The translations under genes were made by a program, and so were the position numbers. Positions 49,680 through 59,269 of a stretch of 64,000 bases of DNA are shown piece after piece. A model generated the notes under the pieces. The model searched no databases. It was not told the origin of the DNA and worked only from the letters and a program-made list of their open reading frames with translations. The stretch is from Opitutales bacterium (GTDB lineage: Bacteria; Verrucomicrobiota; Verrucomicrobiia; Opitutales; CAXXNP01). Each line of letters starts with the position of its first letter. Position 1 is the stretch's first letter. The stretch lies in the NCBI GenBank assembly GCA_963666595.2, contig CAXXSV010000002.1, forward strand, positions 149,241 to 213,240. Reading direction: 5' to 3'.

Positions 49680-51227
49680 ATGCTGACAAGTAAGCAAATA
49701 CTGGATGCGACCAAAATATCACGAGCCACATTGAACAATTATATAGGCTTGGGTGTTTTACCGAAACCGGTAATCCGCAAACCCGGTCCCGGTGAAGGTC
49801 GAGCCAGACAGATTGGTTACTTTCCTGACGAATGTTTGGCTATAGTTAGACTAATACAGAAACTAAAAAAAGAGGGATTAAGCATGAGTGAGATTGTGAA
49901 CCGTATAAACCAAGAAGAACAGAACATGGATCAGGCTTCATTGTCAGACAGAATGATTGAAGAAAATATTGAAGTCGAAACACCAGAGACGAATGGGAAA
50001 TCAAGAAAAACCGGAAAGAAAAAAGAGATGACCCTGAGCGACCTCAATCTTCCAATTTGCATGGTCAATTATAACTTCGAAGTGGAATGGTCAAATTCGC
50101 AATTTAACAAGGAGATTCTTGGAGATGAGAGCACAATGAGTCCGGAACTCGAAGATAGGGACCTCCTTCAATTATTACTCGATTCTCCAAATTGGGATAG
50201 CTCTAGGGACTGGGGAGAGTTGCTGAATTTTCATTTGGGAATAGCCAAGAACCGTTTATCTAAAGCCGCGCTCGACCGTCTTTTATCGAAGGCGGAAATT
50301 AGCAAGATAAGGATACTTAAAGGTTTGTATGAACAAGTGGATGTAATTGAGCTTGAGCCGATCATCCAAGCATCATTTTTACTGAAACTGTCCGAAGATG
50401 GTGAAAATTCTTATCGTGTATTTGCCTCAACTTATCGCGAACAAATTATATTTATATATACTCCTGAATCGTCCGACCAAGATAGCTTGCTGAATTTTCT
50501 GGCCGAACGAGATCAAGTGATACGGGACTTGATTCGCAAAAGGCCTCCCGTCATAACATCAGTTTGTGTATTAGTGGCAGACCTTCAGAACTCGATGAAA
50601 ATATCGGCTGAATTGCCTCCAAATGAATATTTCGAACTGATAAACGATTTATGGATATCAGTTCAACCGGTCTTTAAAAAATATTACGGCACCCATGGCA
50701 CCCATGGCAGGCATGCAGGAGACGGCATGGTTTACTACTTTTTTCCGCAGCCGGACCAAAATTACATTCTAAATGCGTTGATATGCGCGCAAGAAATAAA
50801 AAATGCGGTAAGAGGGGTCAGTAAGGAATGGCAACTAAGAAAAAACTGGCCCACAGAGCTCTATTTGAATATCGGCATAAATGAGGGCCGGGAATGGCTT
50901 GGCACTTACGTGACTCCAACCCAAGTGGAGTTTACAGTGCTGGGAGACACTATAAATTATGCAGGCCGTTTGAGCGACTTTGCGCGATTTGGTTCCATCT
51001 GGGTCACGAAAAACTTACTGAGCGCGCTCGATAAAGAAGAATGCGGCCAGATAATGTTTGGGATCCATCGTGAAAACAACGAAGGCCGGAAAATCCTTGT
51101 CCCGACAAGCTACTCGCGCATCTTAAACCTGGTTGACTTGACCAGCGACAAGTTTGAAAAATTCAATGATGTTGCGAATTTAGCGGTTACTGAAATTATT
51201 GAAGTTTTTCTGCCCATAGAAAAATAA
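49680..51227 (+). CDS. MerR-type HTH / PAS-like / class III adenylate-guanylate cyclase fusion protein
   Basis: N-terminal ISRATLNNYIGLGVLP...IQKLKKEGLSMSEI (MerR-like); LPICMVNYNFEVEWSN (PAS-like start); cyclase motifs VLVADLQNS, AGDG, IGINEG, FTVLGDTINYAGRL. Confidence 0.85.
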   Translation: MLTSKQILDATKISRATLNNYIGLGVLPKPVIRKPGPGEGRARQIGYFPDECLAIVRLIQKLKKEGLSMSEIVNRINQEEQNMDQASLSDRMIEENIEVETPETNGKSRKTGKKKEMTLSDLNLPICMVNYNFEVEWSNSQFNKEILGDESTMSPELEDRDLLQLLLDSPNWDSSRDWGELLNFHLGIAKNRLSKAALDRLLSKAEISKIRILKGLYEQVDVIELEPIIQASFLLKLSEDGENSYRVFASTYREQIIFIYTPESSDQDSLLNFLAERDQVIRDLIRKRPPVITSVCVLVADLQNSMKISAELPPNEYFELINDLWISVQPVFKKYYGTHGTHGRHAGDGMVYYFFPQPDQNYILNALICAQEIKNAVRGVSKEWQLRKNWPTELYLNIGINEGREWLGTYVTPTQVEFTVLGDTINYAGRLSDFARFGSIWVTKNLLSALDKEECGQIMFGIHRENNEGRKILVPTSYSRILNLVDLTSDKFEKFNDVANLAVTEIIEVFLPIEK

Positions 51228-51289
51228 AGACCGAAGAGCGGTCTGCATTATCGGCTGAAAATCCGCGACGCTTCGCGCACTTTATACCA

Positions 51290-51892
51290 ATGCGCCTCTA
51301 TCTTGCCACGGGGAATCCTCACAAAGTTGACGAATTGGTCCGGATGATTGAGACCGCCAAGCTCGATATCGAGGTATTTCCCGGCAACAAAATTTGTAAT
51401 TCACCTCCCTGCGAGGAAACCGGTGTCACTTTTCAGGCCAATGCCTTTCTTAAAGCCCGTACCCTTCGGCCGCTGATTCCACCGGAAGACTGGGTGCTGG
51501 CCGACGACAGCGGCTTGGAAGTTGATGCCCTTAACGGAAGACCCGGCATACGCTCCGCTCGCTACGCGGGAGAGGATGCTTTGGACGCCGACAATATCCG
51601 GAAATTGCTGAAAGAGCTTGACGGTGTTCCGGACGCGGAGCGCACGGCCCGTTTTATTTGCTTCCTCGCACTCATTGGGCCAGAAGAGCGCGTTCTAACC
51701 TTTCAAGGTACCTGCAAAGGAAAAATCGTCAAAGAACCGCGTGGTTTAGAAGGCTTCGGTTACGATCCGCTGTTTCAACCGGAGGGTTATGATAAAACCT
51801 TCGCAGAACTGGGCCCATCGGTCAAAGACACCGAAAGCCATCGCGCGCGTGCCCTGACTGGCCTTCTCGATTGGCTGAAGTTACAAAGATAG
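51290..51892 (+). CDS. rdgB: Non-canonical purine NTP pyrophosphatase (RdgB/HAM1)
   Basis: ATGNPHK, ADDSGL, SARY, GFGYDP, SHR. Confidence 0.95.
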   Translation: MRLYLATGNPHKVDELVRMIETAKLDIEVFPGNKICNSPPCEETGVTFQANAFLKARTLRPLIPPEDWVLADDSGLEVDALNGRPGIRSARYAGEDALDADNIRKLLKELDGVPDAERTARFICFLALIGPEERVLTFQGTCKGKIVKEPRGLEGFGYDPLFQPEGYDKTFAELGPSVKDTESHRARALTGLLDWLKLQR

Positions 51893-51896
51893 ACGG

Positions 51897-52766
51897 TTAA
51901 ATCGACTCGAGCTTTCGGCAGACTTCATCTATTATAAAGTCTGGAGTAGAAGCCCCCGCCGTGACGCCAACGGTGCTGTATTTTTTCAAAGACTTCGGGT
52001 CGACTTCTGCAGCCGTTTCGATGTGAAAGGTGGGCAAGTCCTGGAGACCTGCTAGCTTGGCCAGTTTGCGGGTGTTGGCCGAGTGGTGCCCTCCGATTAC
52101 CACTATGGCCTCTGCTCCCTCTTTAGCAAGATATGTAACGCCATCCTGACGCTCTTTGGTAGCTCCGCAGATAGTGTCAAAGACCAGCAGATGAGGATAT
52201 TTTTCTTTGAGGCGTGCTGAAAGCTCCACGAATTCGTGGGTGAACATAGTCGATTGCGAGACCATGATCACTTTCTCACCCAGCGGAGGCAGGTTGTCGA
52301 TGTCCTCTTTGGTTTGGACGACATGTCCTTTGCCTTCGGTATAACCCAGAAGGCCGATAGCTTCGGGATGTTCGGGATCGCCGAAAATGACCGTTTCGTA
52401 TCCCCTTTTAGTATGGCCCCGGATTTTTCCGGCGATGATACCCACGTCCGGGCAAGTGGCGTCACGGAATTCCAGGTCGAGGTTCTTCAGATATTTGCGC
52501 CTTTCCGGCGAAATGCCGTGAGCGCGCACGACCATGACCGAATTTTTCTTATCTGCATTATCAATTGCGAGTTCTGACTTGCTTTGGTAATCGCCGACTT
52601 CACGGATGCCCTCGTCTTCAAGCTTTTCCATCATCTGTTTATTGTGTATGAGCGGGCCGTCGGTATAGACAGGGTGTTTGCCTTTACCGGTATATTCCCG
52701 GGCGATATTGATAGCGCGTTCGACGCCCCAACAAAAGCCGGCGCTTTCTGCTCTGATTACTTTCAC
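51897..52766 (-). CDS. ispH: 4-hydroxy-3-methylbut-2-enyl diphosphate reductase
   Basis: GFCWGV, IHN, RAHG, DATCP, HPE, TICGAT, SANT, TAGASTP. Confidence 0.95.
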   Translation of the reverse strand: MKVIRAESAGFCWGVERAINIAREYTGKGKHPVYTDGPLIHNKQMMEKLEDEGIREVGDYQSKSELAIDNADKKNSVMVVRAHGISPERRKYLKNLDLEFRDATCPDVGIIAGKIRGHTKRGYETVIFGDPEHPEAIGLLGYTEGKGHVVQTKEDIDNLPPLGEKVIMVSQSTMFTHEFVELSARLKEKYPHLLVFDTICGATKERQDGVTYLAKEGAEAIVVIGGHHSANTRKLAKLAGLQDLPTFHIETAAEVDPKSLKKYSTVGVTAGASTPDFIIDEVCRKLESI

Positions 52767-52873
52767 AGTATGTAATATTGCACACTAATGGCCAATACGT
52801 CAAACAGAGCTTTACGAAATCTTCAAAATATAATCCTTGTTTCTTGAGGCTCATTTAAAGTTATTGTGTTCCC

Positions 52874-54310
52874 ATGCAAATTATTCCACCTGAGCTTTTT
52901 CGCAAAACAGAGCGCAACCGCGAATCGCTCCTGACCTTTCTGGAAATGTGCCGGGATCAAGCACGGCAGGACGAACATTTTAAAGTGGCCAGTATAACGC
53001 TGGAAGTAAAGCACATCGATCCTCTGGCCGTTCTGGAATCAATCTTTGAGCCGGATGAGCTTCATTTTTACCTGGAACATCCTGTAGCGGAAGAATCGGT
53101 GGCGGGGGCCGAAGCCATAATCGAAAAGAGTTTTGCGGGCCCGCAAAGGTTCAGGAAAGTGCGTGAGTTCGCTCAATCCGTCCTCGCCTACACTATCGCC
53201 GTCGGGGAAATGGACATTCCTTTCGGCGGCCCTCACTTTTTCGTCGGATTTACCTTTTTCGACGATGCAGAGAGCGAGGATTTCTTTCACCCCGCTACCA
53301 TATTTTTACCCCGTTGGCAGGTTTCTCACTGCAAGGGTATTTACGGTGCAGTCGCCAACATCCTGGTAGAGCCGCAGTCCGAACTTGAACCCATGGCAGA
53401 CAAGGTTTTGTCAGCTCATGCCAAGTTTTCCGCCTTCGATTATGAAGAGTCGGTGGTTTCAAAACCGACGAAAGCCAGAGATCAAACTCGAATTACAGAG
53501 GTGGGAAGGGAGGTTGGTTTCGAAGTGGCTGTAAAGATCGGTCTTGAGCGTATCGCATCCGGCAAATATCAAAAAATCGTTCTGGCCCGAGCAGTGGACA
53601 TTGTGTCCGATTTGCCATTCGATCCTCTCGGTTCTCTCAACCATTTACGTAACAAGTTTCACGATTGCCATGCTTTCTCCATGGCCAATGGTCTTGAGCA
53701 AAGCTTCATCGGTGCAACTCCCGAAAGATTGCTGCGGGTGCGCGGCAAGGAATTATTTACCGAGGCCATTGCCGGATCCGGGCCACGGGGGCCAACGGCT
53801 CGCGACGATGCCCGGTTCGCCCGCGAATTGCTCGGCAGCGACAAGGACCTGCGCGAGCATAGCATCGTCGTCGATTCAATCCAGCGCCGTCTACGGTCGC
53901 TCGGTATCGAGCCGGAAATTTCCGAACGGCCTAATTTGCTCCAATTGTCCAATGTTCAGCACCTGCGTTCTTCAATTTACGCGGAAATTCCCGAGGAAAT
54001 TCATATCTTGGACATCCTGGCCTCATTGCATCCAACTCCGGCCGTGGGAGGAACTCCTCGCGAGGCAGCCATTCCCGATATACGGGAAATCGAAAATTTC
54101 GACCGCGGGCTTTATGCCGGCGCGATAGGGTGGTTCGATTACAAAGGCGACGGCGAGATTGTCGTGGCTATCCGTTCGGCCCTTATTGACGGCTGCCATG
54201 CTCGCGTCTACGCCGGCAACGGCATCATAAGCGGTTCCGATCCGGAACGGGAAAAACAGGAAACCGACCTAAAACTCCGCGCCCTGCTCGAAGTATTGAC
54301 GATACGATAA
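52874..54310 (+). CDS. menF: Isochorismate synthase
   Basis: KIVLAR, GATPERL, KD..EH, LHPTPAVGG, YAG.GI; menD and menB nearby. Confidence 0.88.
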   Translation: MQIIPPELFRKTERNRESLLTFLEMCRDQARQDEHFKVASITLEVKHIDPLAVLESIFEPDELHFYLEHPVAEESVAGAEAIIEKSFAGPQRFRKVREFAQSVLAYTIAVGEMDIPFGGPHFFVGFTFFDDAESEDFFHPATIFLPRWQVSHCKGIYGAVANILVEPQSELEPMADKVLSAHAKFSAFDYEESVVSKPTKARDQTRITEVGREVGFEVAVKIGLERIASGKYQKIVLARAVDIVSDLPFDPLGSLNHLRNKFHDCHAFSMANGLEQSFIGATPERLLRVRGKELFTEAIAGSGPRGPTARDDARFARELLGSDKDLREHSIVVDSIQRRLRSLGIEPEISERPNLLQLSNVQHLRSSIYAEIPEEIHILDILASLHPTPAVGGTPREAAIPDIREIENFDRGLYAGAIGWFDYKGDGEIVVAIRSALIDGCHARVYAGNGIISGSDPEREKQETDLKLRALLEVLTIR

Positions 54311-54354
54311 AGGGAATTTAAAAAGTGGTCATGCCGCGATATGCGGATAACGGC

Positions 54355-54591
54355 TTAAAGGCTGCTGTGTGTGCCGTCACAGAACGGTTTGTTGCCCGTA
54401 TGCTTGCAACCGCACCAGGCAATCGTTTTATTTTCAGCGATTTTAACCTGGACGGGTTTGATGTCGGTCTCTTTGTGCGACCCATCGCAGAAGGGCTGGG
54501 TCTGCGAAAGTCCGCAAGCGCACCACCAATAAGAGCCTGGATCGGTAGCTTGCACGAAGGGATTTTTTTGTGCGATATTTGGTTCGGTCAT
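54355..54591 (-). CDS. Double CDGSH iron-sulfur domain protein
   Basis: WCACGLSQTQPFCDGSH and WCGCKHTGNKPFCDGTH. Confidence 0.92.
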   Translation of the reverse strand: MTEPNIAQKNPFVQATDPGSYWWCACGLSQTQPFCDGSHKETDIKPVQVKIAENKTIAWCGCKHTGNKPFCDGTHSSL

Positions 54592-54651
54592 AGTTTATTG
54601 CGGCTTGTGTTGTTTTGTTGCTGAAACCCGGCAACACCAAAGTCAAATATA

Positions 54652-56400
54652 TTATGGCGCCGATTGCGTATCCAGCCAAGCCTTTATTTCACGCTCGGCG
54701 ATGTCGAGTGGCACCGCCCCGGACCGCATGAGCGCGTCGTGATAGTCACGCACATCGAATGCTCCACCCAATGTACGAGCGCATAACCGGCGCAATTCCT
54801 TAAATTTCAGCTCTCCGATTTTGTAGGCCAGGGCCTGGCCTGGCCATGCCAGATAGCGGTCGATTTCGTTTGTGATATCCAGTTCGCTTTTGGGCGTATT
54901 TTCCAGGAAGTAGTCGATTGCTCTTCGCCGCTCCCACTTGAAAGAGTGCAACCCCGTATCGACTACCAACCGCAGGGCTCGCCACATTTCGTAGGTCAAC
55001 TGGCCGAATTTGTCGTAAGGGTTTTCATAAAGGCCGACCTCTTCGCCCAGGAACTCGGCATATAGTCCCCAGCCCTCGACAAAGGCGGTGTAACCGCCAT
55101 AGCGCCGGAAATTCGGCATATCTCCCTGCTCCATGGCCAGCGAAATCTGCAAGTGGTGTCCCGGAACGGCCTCATGCAGAGACAGGGCCATCATAGCCCA
55201 TTTGGGGCGCGTTTCGGGCTTATAGAGATTTATAAAAAACCTTCCCGCCCGCGATCCATCGGCTGCCGGCCGACTGTAATAAGCGGTCGTCGTATCTGGT
55301 GCGATGTTCTCAGGGATGGGCATGACCCCGTAGGGCATCCGGGGAAGTGTTTTAAACAAGTTGACCATCAACGGATCGATTCGCCGGGTGAGCGCACGGT
55401 AAGCGTTTAAGAGTTCCTCTGGCGTTTCGTAGTAAAATTCCGGATCCGTCCGCAGGTAGGTGAAAAATTCTTTAAGCGACCCATCGAATCCGCTCCTTTT
55501 CTTGACTGCTTCCATCTCTTTTCGGATGCGGGCTACTTCTCTCAGACCGATGTTGTGGATCTCATCCGGCGTCAATTCGGTGGTTGTGAAACGCCGTGCC
55601 CGGAATTGGTAGAGCGCCTCTCCTTTTGGCAGCTGCCATATGCCTACTTCGTCAAGGGAGGCAGTCAGGTATTCCTCGACAAAAAATAATTTAAATCTGG
55701 AGAAAGCGGGAATAACGGAGCCGCTAATGGCCGCCGCCGCTTTTTCTTTCAGGCGCTCCTGCTCCTCCGGAGGAATCGAGGTGTGAAAGGACTTGAAGGG
55801 TTTGAAAAAAGGACTTTCTTCGGGTGCAGCCACAATCTGTTTGTCGATTTGCTTGGGCACCCGCCGCATGAGAACCTTGGGGTGAAGCATTCCGCTTCCT
55901 ATCCCCTCGCGCATTATGGCTATTGTTTGATCCATCAAGGCAGGCATCGCCTCCAGTCTGGTAATCCAGTCGGTGTAATCCTTCACCGTGGAAAAGCGCA
56001 GCGAATTGGCCAGGTCGTCGAAAGTTTGGATACCTCCGCGATGGGATAACGGCAGAAGGTAGGTTCGATAGGAAAACTCTTCGATATCCACTTCCGTTTC
56101 CTTGACAAACAAATCGTAGTTGAGTTTGTCAGCCGTCGTGAGCCGGGATCTGTCAATTACCAAGACCCTGCGCAAAAATATCTTATCCTGATTGTGGTGG
56201 CGCTGAAATGCTTCCGGGCTGTAATCTGTCCAACGGTCGTTGTAGCGCCGATCACCCAGCCTGGATGCATACTCCGGATGTCGCTCCATCGTGTATTCCC
56301 AATGCTCGGCAAAGACGACATGCAAGTCGCGGGCCGGATCGCTGGCGCACAGGGCAGTAGTTATACAAACAGGGAAGAAGAATAATATTGCTCTCAACAT
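54652..56400 (-). CDS. DUF885 family exported protein (putative metallopeptidase-like)
   Basis: Signal peptide; HEAVPGHHLQ, EGWGLYAE, RLVVDTGLH, PGQALAYKIG. Confidence 0.9.
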   Translation of the reverse strand: MLRAILFFFPVCITTALCASDPARDLHVVFAEHWEYTMERHPEYASRLGDRRYNDRWTDYSPEAFQRHHNQDKIFLRRVLVIDRSRLTTADKLNYDLFVKETEVDIEEFSYRTYLLPLSHRGGIQTFDDLANSLRFSTVKDYTDWITRLEAMPALMDQTIAIMREGIGSGMLHPKVLMRRVPKQIDKQIVAAPEESPFFKPFKSFHTSIPPEEQERLKEKAAAAISGSVIPAFSRFKLFFVEEYLTASLDEVGIWQLPKGEALYQFRARRFTTTELTPDEIHNIGLREVARIRKEMEAVKKRSGFDGSLKEFFTYLRTDPEFYYETPEELLNAYRALTRRIDPLMVNLFKTLPRMPYGVMPIPENIAPDTTTAYYSRPAADGSRAGRFFINLYKPETRPKWAMMALSLHEAVPGHHLQISLAMEQGDMPNFRRYGGYTAFVEGWGLYAEFLGEEVGLYENPYDKFGQLTYEMWRALRLVVDTGLHSFKWERRRAIDYFLENTPKSELDITNEIDRYLAWPGQALAYKIGELKFKELRRLCARTLGGAFDVRDYHDALMRSGAVPLDIAEREIKAWLDTQSAP

Positions 56401-56486
56401 TCCGATTTTGACTTTTATCTTCGATTCAAGAGTGGTTAACTCGGGAAAACCTTGTATAATCCAGAGCGTTATTCAAAACATTTCGG

Positions 56487-58265
56487 ATGGCAAGACACCA
56501 TTCCAAAGACAGCGTCACTCTCTTCGACGAACATGCCAGGGCCAATGCCAACAGCCTTTGGGGTGCGGTTATAGCGGCAACTTTGGCCAGGCTGGGTCTG
56601 CGCTACGCGGTTATATCACCGGGATTCCGATCTACCCCAATGACCTTCGCTTTTTGCCGCTATCCGGGCATAGAAGCGATCCCGGTGCTCGACGAGCGTT
56701 CCGCCGCTTTTTTCGCCTTGGGTCTGGCCCGCCAAACCGGCCGGGCAACTGTCTTGATTTGCACCTCCGGAACGGCAGCCGCCAATTTTTTCCCCGCCAT
56801 TATTGAAGCCAGGGAAAGTGGAACGCCATTGTTGGCCCTCACAGCAGACCGTCCGCCGGAAATGCGCCACTGCAATTCCGGGCAGGCCATAGATCAACTA
56901 AAGCTCTACGGCGGTTACCCTAATTTTCAGGCCGAGCTGTCAATGCCATCAATGGAAAATATGCGTCTTCGATACCTGCGCCAGACCTTGGTCCATGCCT
57001 GGGAACGCACTCGCTTTCCTACCGCCGGCCCGGTGCATCTCAATATACCATTTCGCGACCCACTGGCGCCGACGTCCGACATTGAACATTCCGATACGGA
57101 AATATCCTTCGATCCCGAAACATTTTTTTCCGACGTTGCACCATTGCCGGAGGTATCGGTTTCACTCCACGAAACACAAAGGCATACTTTGGGCAAAGAA
57201 ATGATCAGTTACCGCAAGGGCGTTATTGTGGCTGGCCCCAGCCAGCCGGAGAATGCGGAAAACTTCGCAAAGGCCGTGGCCTTAATTTCACGAAGGTTGG
57301 GCTGGCCGGTTCTGGCCGACGGACTCAATCCGTTGCGCAATTACGCCGCATTGCTTCCCAGCCTGATTTCCCGTTACGACATTCTGCTGCGCAATCCCGA
57401 GACAGCAAAACAATTGGCCCCTGACGCCATCCTGAGCATAGGCACTCCGCCTATCAGCAATGTACTGCGAGCATGGCTGGAAAGATCCAATGCCCGGACC
57501 TGGCTGCTCGATGCCGGACAGGACAATATCGACCCGCTACACCTCCGTTCCGTTCCGCTGCGTTTCGACGTGGAAGCGCTGGCAGATGTCCTGGTTGGCA
57601 AATCCCGAAAGGCCGGCCCGTATTACAAAAAATGGCTGGAGTCCGACAAGCAGGCCGGCCTCTTTCTCAATCGTGAACTGAGGCGGTGCGATTTTAACTT
57701 CGAGGGCAAAGTTTCCTGGCTGTTGTCAAAGTCCCTTCCCCGAACCACGCCTCTTTTCATTGCCAGCAGTATGCCGGTGCGCGACGTAGAATTTTTCTGG
57801 CAGCCTGGCAACCGGGCCATCCGGCCGTTTTTCAATCGTGGAGCCAATGGAATAGACGGCACACTCTCCACTGCACTCGGTGTCGCTCACAAAAACAAAA
57901 GCGCGGTTCTGCTTACCGGGGACTTGGCGCTCTTGCATGACACGAACGGGTTCTTGTTGTGCAATAAATTCAGGGGCCACCTGAGTATCGTTGTCATAAA
58001 TAACCGGGGCGGAGGAATTTTTGAGCATCTGCCGATCGCCCGCTTCGATCCGCCATTCGAGGAATTTTTCGCAATGCCGCAAAATGTGGACTTTAAAAAA
58101 CTGTCCGCAGCTTATGGAGTCGATTATATCAGGATAAAAAACCTGAAAGAACTTGTGCCGTTGATGCGAAAGTTGCCTCGTTCAGGCATCCGGATCATCG
58201 AAGTCCCTACCGACCGCAAGCGCGATACCCGATACCGCAAAGCCCTTTTCAAGGTTCAATTTTAA
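56487..58265 (+). CDS. menD: SEPHCHC synthase
   Basis: SPG.RS.P, DERSAAFFALG, CTSGTA, TADRP, NRGANGIDG, GDL...HD, NNRGGGIF. Confidence 0.95.
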   Translation: MARHHSKDSVTLFDEHARANANSLWGAVIAATLARLGLRYAVISPGFRSTPMTFAFCRYPGIEAIPVLDERSAAFFALGLARQTGRATVLICTSGTAAANFFPAIIEARESGTPLLALTADRPPEMRHCNSGQAIDQLKLYGGYPNFQAELSMPSMENMRLRYLRQTLVHAWERTRFPTAGPVHLNIPFRDPLAPTSDIEHSDTEISFDPETFFSDVAPLPEVSVSLHETQRHTLGKEMISYRKGVIVAGPSQPENAENFAKAVALISRRLGWPVLADGLNPLRNYAALLPSLISRYDILLRNPETAKQLAPDAILSIGTPPISNVLRAWLERSNARTWLLDAGQDNIDPLHLRSVPLRFDVEALADVLVGKSRKAGPYYKKWLESDKQAGLFLNRELRRCDFNFEGKVSWLLSKSLPRTTPLFIASSMPVRDVEFFWQPGNRAIRPFFNRGANGIDGTLSTALGVAHKNKSAVLLTGDLALLHDTNGFLLCNKFRGHLSIVVINNRGGGIFEHLPIARFDPPFEEFFAMPQNVDFKKLSAAYGVDYIRIKNLKELVPLMRKLPRSGIRIIEVPTDRKRDTRYRKALFKVQF

Positions 58266-58283
58266 ACAATATTTAATGAGTTA

Positions 58284-58332
58284 GCCACAGACCCCGCAGT
58301 TGCGGGACAGGTGAATACAGATGGACACTGAT
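58284..58332. repeat. Second REP-like hairpin embedded in a degenerate 10-nt tandem repeat
   Basis: GCCACAG-ACCCCGC-AGTT-GCGGGAC, then ACAGGTGAAT ACAGATGGAC ACTGAT. Confidence 0.45.
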
Positions 58333-58356
58333 TCTAAAAAAAATATGATTGGCACC

Positions 58357-59184
58357 ATGGATTGGAATAAGGTCAAAGACTACAAGGATATTATCTACGA
58401 AAAAGGAGATGGCATCGCCCGGGTAACGATTAATCGACCGGAAAAGCGCAATGCCTTCCGTCCTGAAACGGTGACGGAAATGATAGAGGCATTTTCCGAC
58501 GCGCGCGACGACAGCTCTATAGGCGTCGTATTCCTTACCGGCGCCGGACCTCATAGCGACGGCAAATACGCTTTTTGCGCAGGAGGCGATCAAAGCGTTC
58601 GCGGCAAGGCCGGCTATCTGGACGAATCGGGAATGCCAAGACTTAATGTGCTCGAACTGCAGCGGCTCATCCGCTCAATGCCAAAGGTTGTCATCGCGCT
58701 GGTGGCGGGCTACGCCATCGGAGGAGGTCAAGTTTTGCAGGTCATCTGCGATTTGACCATCGCGGCGGACAACGCGGTGTTCGGGCAGACCGGTCCCAGG
58801 GTAGGCAGCTTCGACGGCGGGTTCGGAGCCGGTTACCTGGCCCGTATAGTGGGACAAAAGAAGGCACGTGAGATCTGGTTTTTATGCCGACAATATTCCG
58901 CACAAGAAGCGCTGGATATGGGACTGGTCAATAAAGTGGTGCCGGTCGAAGAACTCGAAGCCGAAGGCATTAAATGGGCACAGGAAATCCTGGCCAAAAG
59001 CCCACTTGCTATTCGTTGCCTAAAGGCTGCCTTTAACGCCGACTGCGACGGACTGGCAGGCATCCAGGAATTGGCAGGCAACGCCACGTTGTTATATTAT
59101 CTTTCCGAAGAGGGCAGTGAGGGACATAAAGCCTTCATGGAAAAGCGCGAGCCGAACTTCCGTAAATATCCCTGGTTGCCTTAA
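58357..59184 (+). CDS. menB: 1,4-dihydroxy-2-naphthoyl-CoA synthase
   Basis: [28 protein letters not shown]; start could be 58345 or 58357. Confidence 0.96.
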   Translation: MDWNKVKDYKDIIYEKGDGIARVTINRPEKRNAFRPETVTEMIEAFSDARDDSSIGVVFLTGAGPHSDGKYAFCAGGDQSVRGKAGYLDESGMPRLNVLELQRLIRSMPKVVIALVAGYAIGGGQVLQVICDLTIAADNAVFGQTGPRVGSFDGGFGAGYLARIVGQKKAREIWFLCRQYSAQEALDMGLVNKVVPVEELEAEGIKWAQEILAKSPLAIRCLKAAFNADCDGLAGIQELAGNATLLYYLSEEGSEGHKAFMEKREPNFRKYPWLP

Positions 59185-59269
59185 CAGTCACTGACCGCTT
59201 CTAGCTCAGTTTTTTCTCGGGAAAAGTTTCCGGTCAATGAGGGGAATTACCTGGATAACCATACCACCC

